Source: Haplodiscus bocki
Taxonomy: Eukaryota
Length of the DNA stretch: 64,000 nucleotides
Reading direction: 5' to 3'
Assembly: GCA_965655095.1 (NCBI GenBank)
Contig: OZ296658.1
Location: 69,130,001-69,194,000 of the forward strand
Part shown: positions 51,450-63,895 of the stretch, one piece after another
Layout of the letters: every line of letters begins with the position of its first letter
Numbering within the stretch: the first letter of the stretch is position 1
Notes under the pieces: generated by a model
Database searches by the model: none
What the model was told of the DNA's origin: nothing
The model's input: the letters and a program-made list of their open reading frames with translations, nothing else
Program-made: the position numbers and the translations under genes

Positions 51450-53790
51450 TGTCGCAGGCCGAGTAGGGGGGAACATTATATTACTAATGCTTGAATTTAA
51501 TTCTTTTTCTACTTCCAATTTTCTTTCTAGTTGAGTGCTGCAGGTGATTAGTATTCCTTTTGTTAGCTCGATTAATACAGCGGTGGCGCCGAGGCAGTTG
51601 TTTTGTTTAATGAAAATAAGTCTCAGGGGCTTTTATTGATCTACTCTCAGGTGCCTTGCAGGCCTCGCGAACAAAGATTGCGTAAGTTCAAAGCAAGGAC
51701 TTTATGAGCGATGATGGGAAAATAGAAATTGAAATAATCAATTATTCAGTCAACCTGGGGAACAAATATACTTAAACGGGAAATGAAAGAACTGCGCTAA
51801 TGGATGATGATTCAGGCGTTAGAAGAGCGATAAAAGTGGGAAATAGAAATTGTAGTCATCTATTCCAGCTGGTTCAACGCGATACGGTTACACAAATTCC
51901 ACTGCAGATTTAAATAAAATTTTCTCATCTACAAAATTATCCCTCAAAAATTCTTACTTTAACTTCCAACCGTGTACAAAGTCCCAAAATTTATACAATT
52001 ATCCACTCAACAAGCACATCGACAAATGTAATCACAGAAAATGAAAAGATCGCTGATTATCATGGAATTGAGACCATTTAAAAGAAATTTAAAGACTTTT
52101 ACAAAATAATCGGCATAAATAGGATCAATCCAAAATACAAATGGCAAAAATGTAAGATGTCCGTTATAAATTCCTCAATTTTAATGACATACAAATAACA
52201 AGGATATAAGATATTCTTTATAAAACTCTCAATGATTGATTGAGATAATTCTTGGAGGTAAATTAACGTCTAGTAGTTCTTTTTTCTTTAGGCCAGATAG
52301 GAGACTTTTGTTCTTCTAGTTTTTCTGGGCCTGCTTTCTGGGGAATTTTTGGCTTTTTGTTGTTTTATTTTATTAATTAACGTTATGTCATATATAACCT
52401 TTTGTATTTTGGTCTACACTCAGTACTGGCATCAACACAGCAACTGGTTGCACTCCTATTTTCCCGATTGTCCAAACCGTGAATAAATCACCGGATTTAT
52501 TGGCGGGGTTTGATTTGTTTTAATTTTGTCTATTACTCAGGTGATAACTCGCTCTTTGGCGGTAACCTGGCGATGTTTTCTTAGTTCCCTTTCTTTCCAA
52601 CCGAGAACTTTGTCTAGCGGGTGTTACGGAAGGGATTTATGAAATATTAAAATTGATCAGAGAGATACATTCAGTCTGAACTAGGAAAACTGTTTAACTA
52701 ACGGTTACCGTCGATGGGACTGGATGATCGGCTGATAACTCAGGGACTCTCCTCTTTTTAGTCTGACTTGCGAAGGGATTGAGTAGGGAATTTTAAATCA
52801 AAGCAAAGAATGGAATTATGGAAATCAGGAATGGACGGTTTCTGCGTATTTAATCCATAACTCGGAATTTAGAATAAATTCTAAAGACCATGGAAGCAGA
52901 CGAGGTGAGAATGATCTATGAGTAATGTCAATTCTCTTTGCCTAAGAACCTCGTGGGGGGTCGTGCATATTTAAGATTCACTCAAGCTTCAGAACATAAG
53001 TTCATCCACGGAACCCGCACACGCCAATGCCGAAGCTAGCGTTAGTGGACATCGTTTAGACTCCAATGGCAAGAGTATGTAAAAGATAAATGAAAAGAAG
53101 GGAATTTTTCTAAGTCAGTAGAAAATTGGGACTTAGAATATTTTTGCAGTTTCGAATTGGTTTTGCGACTAAGACAGAATTTAGAATTGTCTTAGAAAAA
53201 TTTTGCAGAATTGAATCGGTTTTGCGACTAAGACAGAATTTAGAATTGTCTTAGAAAAATTTTGCGGAATTGGAGTTGGACTTAGAATAATTTCGTCCAA
53301 GAGGAGAGAGAAGAGGAATTGGACTTAGAAAATTTTCTCCAAGAGAGAAGAGGAGTTGGACTTAGAAAATTTTTTGTCCAAAGAAGTAAAAGGGAGAAAG
53401 GGAGTTGGACTTAGAATAATTTTGTCCAAGTAAAAGGGAGAAGTAAGGTAAGCAAGTCAGAAGAGGAGTAAGGCGTCCCGTCCGCTGAACGGGAAAGTGA
53501 GTTATCTTCAAGTCCGTTTCTCAGAGCGGCTCCGAAATAACATCATGCTGTCATGACATGCAACCAATCAGAAAAAAGCTTGTATCAGCCATAGATTGGC
53601 AGTGGGAGCCAATAAAAAAAAGGCTCGCGTTAGAATTTTTGTAAAAAATTATTTATGCAACTCCATTGGTTTATTTGTTTCTCCAGCTTTTTTATTTTTA
53701 TCATCAATCGACAGCCCCGCAACAGGTTAGCTTAAATTAATCAGTCATATTTTAATTAATTAGCGTTTTAGCGTTATGCGTAACGCGATA
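51450..53790. mobile_element. Solo LTR, 2341 bp, TSD GTGG
   Basis: gtgg|tgtcgcag...cgcgata|gtgg (TSD at 51446-51449 and 53791-53794); excision restores the exon reading frame. Confidence 0.9.
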
Positions 53791-54609
53791 GTGGTAAAAG
53801 GACGAGCTCATTGACGGGAGTCGAAAATCTCTCCGAAGGCTGTTTGTTATGATGACATTCAAGGCATTCTGAGAGCACTCACCCACTTCAGCTTGGCATT
53901 CAGAACACTTGGTGTGTATCTCTTAGTTGAACAGTTTCCCAGGAAAGAATTTTTGTTTGACTTACGACCTTTCCGAGATGAAGAAGAACACCGGTTGTAC
54001 CGAATGGATGAAAAGAAAACGTTCACAATGATCGTCAACCCCCAGCTGATAGATGAGTCAGTATATCGTTCTGGAGTCTCAATCATCGTTCAAGGTATTT
54101 ATTCCACACTTATTCTTTGCGACAGTAGTAACATAGAAACAGGATGTGCAGAAATGTTTCTGCAATGAATACGCACCAGCAGCACAAAAAACTGAGGCAA
54201 AAACAGACTTTTATTTTTGTATTCCGTATAAAACAACGGCGGTTGTTGGCTTTTCGTATGACAATTTGGCCAACAGCAGATTTAACGACCCAACCGCTTG
54301 ATTAATTTACATTTTGTTCTCTCTTTTGTTTCTATCTCTCTCAATTCTCTTGTGCATTACTCGTAGGATATCTTCTCGCCAGAGGTTGCTCAACAGAAGA
54401 GACGTTGACTCCAGTAAAACTACATGATTCAAGTTTTAAAGAATTGCAGCTTTTACATTTAAATAACAATCGGACATGATATCTAAAGCCCAATAGAAAT
54501 GGGACAAGACGACCGGCCAGCAATGGCATTTTTTTGCTCATTACAAAGTTTTTGATAAACTTTTGCAAATAATAAAAAAAAACGAGAAAAGTGTTTTCAA
54601 TCTAGTTTT

Positions 54610-57600
54610 CAAAGGTTTTCGACATACATCAATTCCATCAGTGGGTTTTGCAATTCTGGGCATTATCTACCTATTGAAGCAAAGTATAGGAGCATGGTAT
54701 TCCACGGCGTAGTACTAAGCCCAATGTACTTTTCTGACCACTCAAAAATATCTGGTGAGATTTTGATATTGGAAGTCCAGCTAGTACTTCTAGAGAAAAT
54801 GAGTTTGACTTAAGAGAAAAGCTACCACAAGTCGCACTTCTGCCAACTCAAAAGCGTACAATTCGTACGACTGCAAAGAAAAACTTCAGGCGAATTTTTT
54901 TATCGAGTAACAATATACACAGAACGAAATTTCAACTGACGTCTAGTTGAAAAAAGTCGAGTCGGTAGTTTTGGAGACAGATGATTTTTGATTTTCAAGA
55001 AGAAGCGCAAGTTTTGGAACTCCGAACCAAACAAGTTGCCATTGAGATGTTGATTTGATTACCTTTTTACAAATACAAAATTGTCAAATGAGACCTTAAC
55101 GGGAAAAATCCTGACAGTTGCTTTGAAGGAAACCGAGTTTGAGTAAAAAGACAAATCAAACCATTTTTCAGAATCTGGTTAGTTTGGCCCTTCAAGTTTT
55201 GGCTGAGGCAAACAAAATGCTTTAATAAACAATCGAATAAACGTCAATGAGTAAAGAGTAATGATTGACTCTGTTGGATGAAAAGCAGCCATTGGTTTTG
55301 AAGAACAATGTGTTTGAGTCTCAGGACAAAAACACAAAAACTTTTGAGCTTTCCGGCAATTTCGTTTCTTTCAAGTCTACAATGTCACAAACAGTTCTCA
55401 CAGCAAAATTATTGACTGATGCTCTACGTTCACAACTGTTTTGAGCAAGATCTCTTGTGCAAAATTCAACCTGTTTTTTGAAAAAATCGAAGTTGATCAT
55501 CAAGAAAAATCAAACAAAAATGCAACTTTTCGCAATTTCTGCCAATTTCAAGTCGCGGGTAAACAAACGCAACAACTTACATGCGCGTATTTTCATCAAG
55601 TAATGTTAAATACACTGATACCTGGATGAAAGAAATGCAGCCAATGGTTTTCGAGAGGAGCAAAGTTGTTTTTCAAAAGAAAGAGATTGACCTCCAAATT
55701 GTGGCATTTTCAAACAAATGAGGAAAACTTTTTTTCCCAAAACTTCAACATCGGAAGATGTTCTACAGATGAAGAATTGTTAATTAGGACCATTAGAGTA
55801 AAAATCCTGGAGGTTGTTTTGAAAGAAATCGATTATGTTTATCAAGACGAGTCGAACTAAATTGCATTTAATGACAAATTTCACGTATCAGGTTTTCAAT
55901 ATGAGGAAACGAACTCCAAATTAGACAGTTGAGTAGCAGTTTTGAATTGAAAACTGTCAACTTGAACATTGACTCAAGGAATGTAGACGATAAATTTTGA
56001 GAAATATAGGTTTCAACTTTAAAAAACTCACCTGTCTGAACTTATAGACTAATTACATCAAAGAAGAGTCAATTGCACAAACCGGTAGCGAATATAATAG
56101 TGCTGAAGGAAGTTTTTTAAGTAAAAAAAATGTTGATAGAGACATTGATGGATTGGTTATAGTAGATGGTTTTGGAGAAAAATTCGTTCGATTAACAAGT
56201 TTGAGATTATGAAAAGGTCGATTGATACACTGATGGACGAAACGACGCAGCCATTGGTTTTGGAGAATAAAAACTATGAGGCAAAGGAGAAGTCGAAAAA
56301 CTTTACATTTTTGGGCTATTCTGGTCAACAAAGTTTCCAGCATAAAAGAAATTTCCTAAAACTTCATATTCGACAGACGCTCTACGCTTTTAAAAATTGT
56401 TGACTGAGCACTTGACATAGAAAATTCAGCAGATGCTTTGGAAAAGAATCGAATTCGATCGTCGGGAAAACCGTACAATTTCACAACTTATGACTTTTTC
56501 GGCTAATCAGATATGCCTTGAGAGGCACCAAACAGAACATTGGATATCACCGTCTGTTTGAACAAGTATTATAGAATTCTACAGATACCTCGACCAAAAC
56601 AGTGCAGCGACTGATTTGAGAGAAAGGAAGGTTTGTTTTTCAGTAAAAACCAGACCTCTCCCAAAGTTCGGTTATATCTCTCCGTGGAGCTAGCAATGCA
56701 CGGATGTTTCCACGGAACATCATCTTCAGACGATGCTCTGCACTTGAAAATTTTTTGTCTAGGATCATAGAAACAGAAATGCAGAGAAATGCTACGAAAA
56801 TAGTCGAGCTGTTTATCAACACGCTACAAATTGAAATGCAATAATTGACATTTTCCGAGTGCCAAGTTTTCCTTCGGAGGAACCGAACGGTGGTGTAGCA
56901 TTTCCAAAGCCGAATAGTGGAATATTGTGGACTGACACTTGAAAAATAAATTTGGACTTTTTTTGTTTGAAATTTGAGAAAAATCAACCCAGTATGCATT
57001 TATTGGCTAATTGCATCCACAAACAATCCTCGGCAAGAACTAGTAAAGAAGACAATCAGTTTGGGGGATGGCTTGGAAAGAGAAAGAAATTGTATAATTT
57101 CCGGATGGAAGGTTGATAGGTGGTGGTTTGAAAAAAAAACTAGTGTCATCGTCAAGATTGATCGGACGTAGAATAATTTTTTGCTAAATTTGGCCAAAGG
57201 AGTTTCCATTGGAAAGGTCAAAAAACAGAAAACTTTTACTCTGAACTGCTTTTTGTGTTGATTTTTTGGCCGAGTCGGACGTTGATAAGTGAAAATTAGC
57301 AGTCAGTCTTTTAGAAAACTGGGTGTGATTTTGAACTTTAGTTGTACCTTTTTTTATTTTTCTCAGTAGAAATGCTCTTTCAGCAGAAATTTGGATGCCA
57401 AGTTTGGAAAGCAGTGTACTTCGATAACAAAGAACATTCTCCAAGTAAAAAGTTTTTTTTCGATTGTGGCTTTGAAGGAAGATGTCCGGAAGCTTTTCCA
57501 GGAGGTAAGTGACTTGAATTTTCAGAATGATTACTGCTTGATGTTATTTTAACCCTGTCTGAATGTAGTTATATCCAATGTAAACACTGATAAATTCCAG

Positions 57601-59900
57601 AAAAAAAACAATCTTTAGTTTTGTTTTTGATGCTTGACATTGGAAAACAAAATTCGGGTAGTCGAGGAATCTTTTTAGGAGAAACAAATCAGTTTTTCTA
57701 AACAGCTGCCATTTTTTTGATTGACGAAGTAATTTTTGGATAGTTGGGAAACATCAATTTTCCCAGAAACTATTGCCCATTTTTCTGGAAACTTGGAAAA
57801 ACATTGAGTTGATTGAGCTCTGTAGAAAATTGGAGTCTTTTCGGAAAATAGCAAATCACTGAAATATATGGACACAAAACTTTTGTGGGATGTGAAGAAT
57901 CAAAGTTGTATGAAAAATTCAGGGAACTAAAAAACAGCTTTTAAAATATTTGGTGCTTTATAAGTTGAGGCTACCTATCTGCCGTCACACCGCAAATATT
58001 TAGTATACGAGAAGTTTAAAAATCTGCTACCCGAAGTTTTCATGACATTGGCATATTCCGGAAAAGGAAAAAAACTGCAATGCTGAGGTTACTCTTTTCC
58101 TTTAGAATTTTTGTAGACCGACCCTCGAACACGTTGAGGACTGGCCACAGTTGTTTTTGCGTTTGTATCCCGTTTAAAAACTTTAGTGCACCATTGGATG
58201 GTATCGATAGCGTTTTCTCTCACGGTGACACAGTATCAGAAAATTAATAAAGGAGCCCTTCTTGTTGTTCTCTAGATTTCTAGTTTTTCTAAATGAGGTG
58301 TTGAAAACTTTTTTGTCTCCAAAAGAAGTTCGCGAAGGGGCCTTTTTGATGTTTTGTTAAATTTCCGGTATCGAAAAGCCATGCCTAACGGGGTTTCACG
58401 AGTTTATCTTCAAAGTTTTTTGTCTGATAGTATCAAAATTTTTTGTATGGTGATCACTTTTTGTGTTTCTAAAAGTTTTTGGTATTGAAGAACATTGAGT
58501 ATAAGAGGAGATATCACGTTTTATTGTCGAGTTTTTTTCTCACTGAACCCAAAGTTTTCCTAGAAGGGACGTTTTGGTGTTTGTGAGTACTTGCGTGTAC
58601 CTGGTATAGACTGCGCTCGTTTGCTTTAAAATAATATGCCCGGAATAACAAATAGGGAAATTGTGGAAAATTTGTTGAGATCTTGAAAGTAATAATAATA
58701 ATAGAAAGAAGAATAAAGTACCAAAAAGAGTCAGCTTTTTATTTCATAAAGGAGCAACGGGAACTCTGAAGAAAATACTTTTTTTGATGGGAATGGGAAT
58801 ATAGAAAATAGTCCTCAAAACTCCCAATCACATTGATAAATTAAAAAACAAGGTAAATAGTGGGATTCGAACCAGTTCCTAGCGCTTCAGAACCCGGTTG
58901 TCCTACAATTGGAATTTCTAACAAATGTCAGTGAAGCCTGAAAAATACGACACGACAGAGATTGGAACCTGTACCTACCGATTGAAAAAATTTGTCATAT
59001 CCCCACTGTTGAGACAAATTATATAATAAAAAAATGTCAAAAATGCGAAAAAAACAAAAGCAGAACGACCCTGCTGAATGAAAAATTTTTCTTACAAATT
59101 TAAAAATATGTAACGAAATATTAAAAAGTGCGTTCAGTATACCAAAAATTGAAACATCTATGCTCTGTGACTTTTCCCACAAGCGCATTCCTTGTTTCAG
59201 AAAAACAGTAGTGCATTAATTCAACTCATGTTCCAACTAACAATATCTGGGTTCACTTGTTGCATTTTTGTCTGAATAACCCTTTAAGTGACTTCCGGCC
59301 AGCGTTTCCTATAGTGAATTAGTGAAGCTTGTGTTTGAAGTCTTCCGATTCTTACCTCAGAAAAACTACCAGCTTCGTTGTATTTTCAAAATGTTCTCTA
59401 CGGACATTCAATCAAAATGATACAGACGAACCCAAATGTTAAATTTTGAAGCATGATTTGCATTAACACACTTCCATATTTCTGAAACAAGAATGTGCGT
59501 TGACAATTGTTCCAGCGCATTGGAATATCAGCATAGATACTTTCCTCAAAAAAATTAACGAAAGGAAGTATTCAATTCATTAGCGGAATTTTTTCCTAAA
59601 CCGCAAAATGTCCATGACATGGAGACTAAATATTTCCTTTATAAAAGAATTGCAGATGGTAGACATCAAGTGCGGCAACTAGGTCTCTTGCACGATGAAA
59701 AAGTGTGCTATAACCGCAAATAAATAGCCAATGAGAAGCTGCTTTGAATCTCTCTTTCTTGAAGCCGTTTACTTTGAAAGTTTTTACAAAATCTCACAAA
59801 CAATTTGAATTTTTTAGCCACAATGAGCGGAGTTTTCGCGATAAAATTCAACAATTTAATTGAAAAGTCGCCTCATTTTTTTGTCCAAAAATCATTTCTC
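54610..59900 (-). pseudogene. Heavily eroded pPolB/Polinton-like relic (element C)
   Basis: Faint motifs PTDGIDV (C-terminal DGIxT-like, ~54625-54650), NTLFFKTNGCF (~55280-55315) and HPEIIQ...CN (~57010-57110). No long ORF. Confidence 0.35.
58852..58925 (-). other. tRNA-like/SINE-head relic
   Basis: Perfect B-box GGTTCGAATCC on the minus strand (58863-58873) with an A-box-like stretch upstream; cloverleaf stems poor. Confidence 0.3.
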
Positions 59901-59955
59901 TAACACAATGTACGTTTTCAGTTTTTGAAAACTAGAATGTTCGTTTTTCGTCACT

Positions 59956-60155
59956 NNNNNNNNNNNNNNNNNNNNNNNNNNNNNNNNNNNNNNNNNNNNN
60001 NNNNNNNNNNNNNNNNNNNNNNNNNNNNNNNNNNNNNNNNNNNNNNNNNNNNNNNNNNNNNNNNNNNNNNNNNNNNNNNNNNNNNNNNNNNNNNNNNNNN
60101 NNNNNNNNNNNNNNNNNNNNNNNNNNNNNNNNNNNNNNNNNNNNNNNNNNNNNNN
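59956..60155. other. Assembly gap (200 N)
   Basis: Run of exactly 200 N. Confidence 1.
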
Positions 60156-62031
60156 TCCATATTGACTTCTGTTCACTTTATTAAATTGAGGAGTGTTTAA
60201 TTCATAAATACAACCTTCGAAAATAGCATCTTCCGCATCATAACCTTCATCAATAGCGTTAATATAAAATTCATAATCATCAATATTTCTAAATCTAATA
60301 TGTGTTTGTCGAATTTGATCACCAACTTTTAAATTACCGACCCTTTCAAATTCACCAGTATAGTCTTTTAAACATTCTTGTTTAAACTCATGTAAATTTT
60401 TATCAATAACCTGAATTTTGTTTGATTTTTTCAAAGCACTTTCTAATTTATCAGGTTTGTCTGCGTATTTAATTCTAACTGAAAGAATTTCTTTATGTTC
60501 AATTTTTTCATCGTTTTTATATTTCTTTTTTTTTCTGTTTTAATTTTATTCAATAATCTTTTGATATCATCATTCATTCTGTTTCTTCGGTCAATTCTTC
60601 GTTTTCTATTTCTTGATAACATTTTATTCTCATTAATTGTCATCATTTTTATATTGTAAAAATTACTTGAAAGGATTTATCCAAGATCTTGTTTTTCTCT
60701 ACCTTCAAATTTCATTATTATTTTTTCGTCCAATATAATGATTAGGAACAATATCAATAAATTTAATATAATCATTTTCAAATTGGTTGTCTACAATTTT
60801 TCATCTCTATTTTTAATAACAGTGTAATTTAAATCATAATAATTAATATTCATATTCTTAACCTGCGGCTGAGTCTGTAAAAATTTCATCAACAATAAGA
60901 CTTCAAGATAGATTTTACTAATACCTTGAGCATTTTTAGCAAAAGGATCTTCATCAAATCTAATATTAATATTATCATAATAAATACTTATATTTTTAAA
61001 AAAAATTAATTTTGTTTTACCTTTCAATTCTTGTAATTTATTAATCCTATCTTCTGTTGAAATTTATGTAGTATTAACCATATTCATCCAGTTTTCTCTT
61101 ATCTTTTCATTAGCATAATTTAATCTAGTAGAAAAATTTTGATCTTGTTTGAGAGTTGTTTTGTCAATCTGATGTTTTTGTTTTTTAATAATATCTTCGC
61201 TTTTCGACAATAAAATTCTTTATGAAATTCTAACCAAATGTTTTGTTTACAACTAGGACAATTAGGTGGTTTAAATTTTTGTTTTTGAATGATTGGTTGT
61301 TGATTTTTTGGAAAGTTTTTAACTATTATTCCATCATTATCATTTTTGATGACTTTCTGATTTCTCCTAATCTGAGTCTCATTTTGAACTTGATATTGAG
61401 TTCCGAGATATTGTGGTGGATCTCGTTTAGGTAATATTATATTTTCAGTAGGGTGATTTTTATATCGATGATCTTTTACTTCAAGGTAAAAATTACCATC
61501 AAGATATTTCCTTCAAATGTTTACTAACAGAACCCATTAGATCATAATAGTTTATCTTTTCATAATAAGATCTATCATAAAAACACATCCACTTCATTAA
61601 TCGATTACTATCACGAAGATTTATAACAGGAATTTTCTAAAGACCGGTTGAAGTTTTTGAATAATTGTTTTGTTCGAAATTAGGATTTTTTAACATATCT
61701 CTTTATTTCTCAATTAAGAAATTATTTAATTTTAATTTTTTATTTTTCAATGTGGATAAAACTTCATATAATTTATCAAAAACATCTTTTTCACAATTTT
61801 TTAATACATCTACACACATGGAAAATATTTCGACCTCAGCATATTTTAATCTATTTATAAAATTAATTCTTTCCGTTGTGTTTTAGAGAGTTCATGCTTT
61901 CGTTTGTTTACGTTATATCCGCATAAAACGCAAGTATATTTGTATTCATTTGGCAGGAGAGTTTTTCCATTGAAGTGACGGCGTTGTTTCCCGTATTTGT
62001 GTATAATTTCATCTTCTGTTAATTCCCTTTA

Positions 62032-62900
62032 TTATTTATTATATTTTTGAAACAAATTTAAATTTTTCATAACTTGTTTATTTTCTTCAAGGGTTAATTT
62101 TGTTGGTAAAAATAGATTTTGATTATATCTCTCGGGTAAGTAGTCTATTCTATAGCTAGGTATACTGTCGTGTATTACTTCTGTGATTGTATATAATTTG
62201 TAATTATAGTTTGTTGAATCACCTTTACTAAAGACTCTTTTAATATCAGCTGTTCTAACTAGTTGACCTAGATTAAAATTTGGTTTCTGAATTTCTCTTT
62301 TGTCTCTGAGATTTGAATAGACTTCTTTTTCATTTGATTTTTTAGAAGCCTGAAAAGGTATCATTTTAATACTATGGTGAAATGAATTATTGTATTGTTT
62401 AATAACAGATGGTAATTCAGATAAATAGTCAGCATTTCATGCTAAAAACACAGGTTTTTTAATAGATTACGTATAGTTCTAACGACCCGTTCGGCTATTG
62501 AAGGACCTTTATCAGTCTATTTTGAAAAATTTTGTATAATTTTAGCTTTCAAGAAGTTCAAGAAATACTATTATAAAATTCAGCTCCTCTACCGCTTTCT
62601 AATTTGAGTGGTGATCGTTTTGATGTTGTTAAATTATTTGATAATTCATCTGTTATTGTTTTACTATTCTTGTTTTTAAGTGGTATAGCCCACAAATATT
62701 TATTAAACTTAACGATTAATACAAATATTTAACTACATCGTTTGTTAATTGAGGTCTTATAGTCAAGCATATCAGCGAGATCATTACTCCAGATTTCATC
62801 GATATGATTATAAACTAGTTTATTGGTTTTATAACTTTTCTTTGGTGTAGTACTGTATTTCTCATCAATTAAAAATTTATTTTTATCCTACTTCGACATT
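62032..62900 (-). pseudogene. Polinton rve integrase, disrupted
   Basis: YNHIDEIWSNDLADM, KYLWAIPLKNK, LESGRGAEFYN, GPSIAERVVRT, MIPFQAS...GQLVRTADIKRVFSKG. Confidence 0.9.
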
Positions 62901-63438
62901 TGATTTCAAAAAATATTTTGCTCTTATCCCTTGTAGTAGATATAGATGATTATCAATTTTAGACCCTTTTGAAATATTTTCATTAAAAAACATAGGTCTT
63001 AAATTAATCCAATTTGTAGATTTATAAATATCGTTCTCATTAGATAAGTTAGTTTTTTAGAGAGGATAACGATGATCTAAACACCAAATCTTACCATAAT
63101 GTTTTATACTCATATCACCATAAAGTTGATGAAAAATCCATTCTTCAAGAAAGAATTAGAACTTTCTAATAAATCAATTGTTTTATTAGTTTTTCGATAT
63201 TTTGAGATTTGATTGCTTTGTTACTTCGTGTTCTTATATTACAAATTGAAATAAAAGTGAAATCTGTTTTCCTCTTCCGTCTTTCAAGAGCATTTCTTTG
63301 CTCTTTACGATTAATGTGATGTTGTTGAGTACAGAGTATGCATATTCCTTGTACACCATCCCTTCTTTTATTATCTTTATGAAAATTAGACTTTACACAA
63401 AAAATTCTACACTTACTACATCTTTTAAATTCACTCAT
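62900..63438 (-). pseudogene. HNH-like endonuclease with N-terminal CxxC..CxxC
   Basis: KRCSKC...ICILC (ORF 63166-63438); HYGKIWCLDHRYP...TNWINLRPMF.NENISKGSK. Confidence 0.7.
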
Positions 63439-63466
63439 TTACTTAAGAAACTTCAATTTACTTTTT

Positions 63467-63895
63467 TTACAAAACTTTGAATCTCAATCCTCGGCTGTGC
63501 ATATCAATTAGTGATAAAAATTCACCTCCTGATATACTCTTCAAGATATTAGTCGTTGCTTGTCCAATTTTAGGATTCTTTGTTTTGGCAGAAACAGCCA
63601 TGCCTATATATGGACTAGCTAAAGTCATTGCAGGCTTTAAAAATTTATTCCAAGCTTTTTCAGTACCTTTAAAAATTGATTTAAGTTTAGTTTTTATAGA
63701 ACCACCTTCGAGCATGTATTGGTTTGGACTGAAAGTTATTTGTTTTTGGCACTTTTATTTAGAATTAAGGCACATATCGTGTAAATTCAACACGGTACAA
63801 TTTTCATTCAAATCACACCAAGTTGAATTAGACATAGCTGATCTAAGAGCGTGTGCATATTTAGCGTTTTCAATAAAATCTTGGCCTCTAGTCAT
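63467..63895 (-). pseudogene. Basic amphipathic virion-core-like protein with putative adenain sites
   Basis: MLEGG|SIKTKLKSIFKGTEKAWNKFLKPA...SISGG|EFL; both fit (M/I/L)xGG|X. Confidence 0.55.

Larger units (their letters stand above)
48001..54530 (+). pseudogene. Multi-exon host-type gene with ZU5(-UPA)-like domain, disrupted by two solo LTRs
   Basis: Reconstructed exons 48001-48104+50390-50478, 51013-51449+53795-54094 and 54367-~54530, with phase-compatible GT/AG sites. ZU5-like IITPILHID...F.RDVEISLP...THFSL. In-frame TGA at 53812 and a 1-nt frameshift near 50449. Confidence 0.7.

Noticed and set aside
50966-51466. Stand-alone 166-aa gene
   Set aside because: It begins in intron sequence (acceptor at 51012) and its last codons and stop come from the inserted LTR.
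48105-53790. A single foldback/TIR transposon with 2.1-kb arms carrying a captured gene
   Set aside because: Each arm has its own 4-bp TSD and TG...CA-like ends, and the gene continues outside the arms; these are two independent solo LTRs.
59892-60434. ORFs spanning the N-run
   Set aside because: Gap artefact; only 60156-60434 is interpretable (pPolB N-terminal region).
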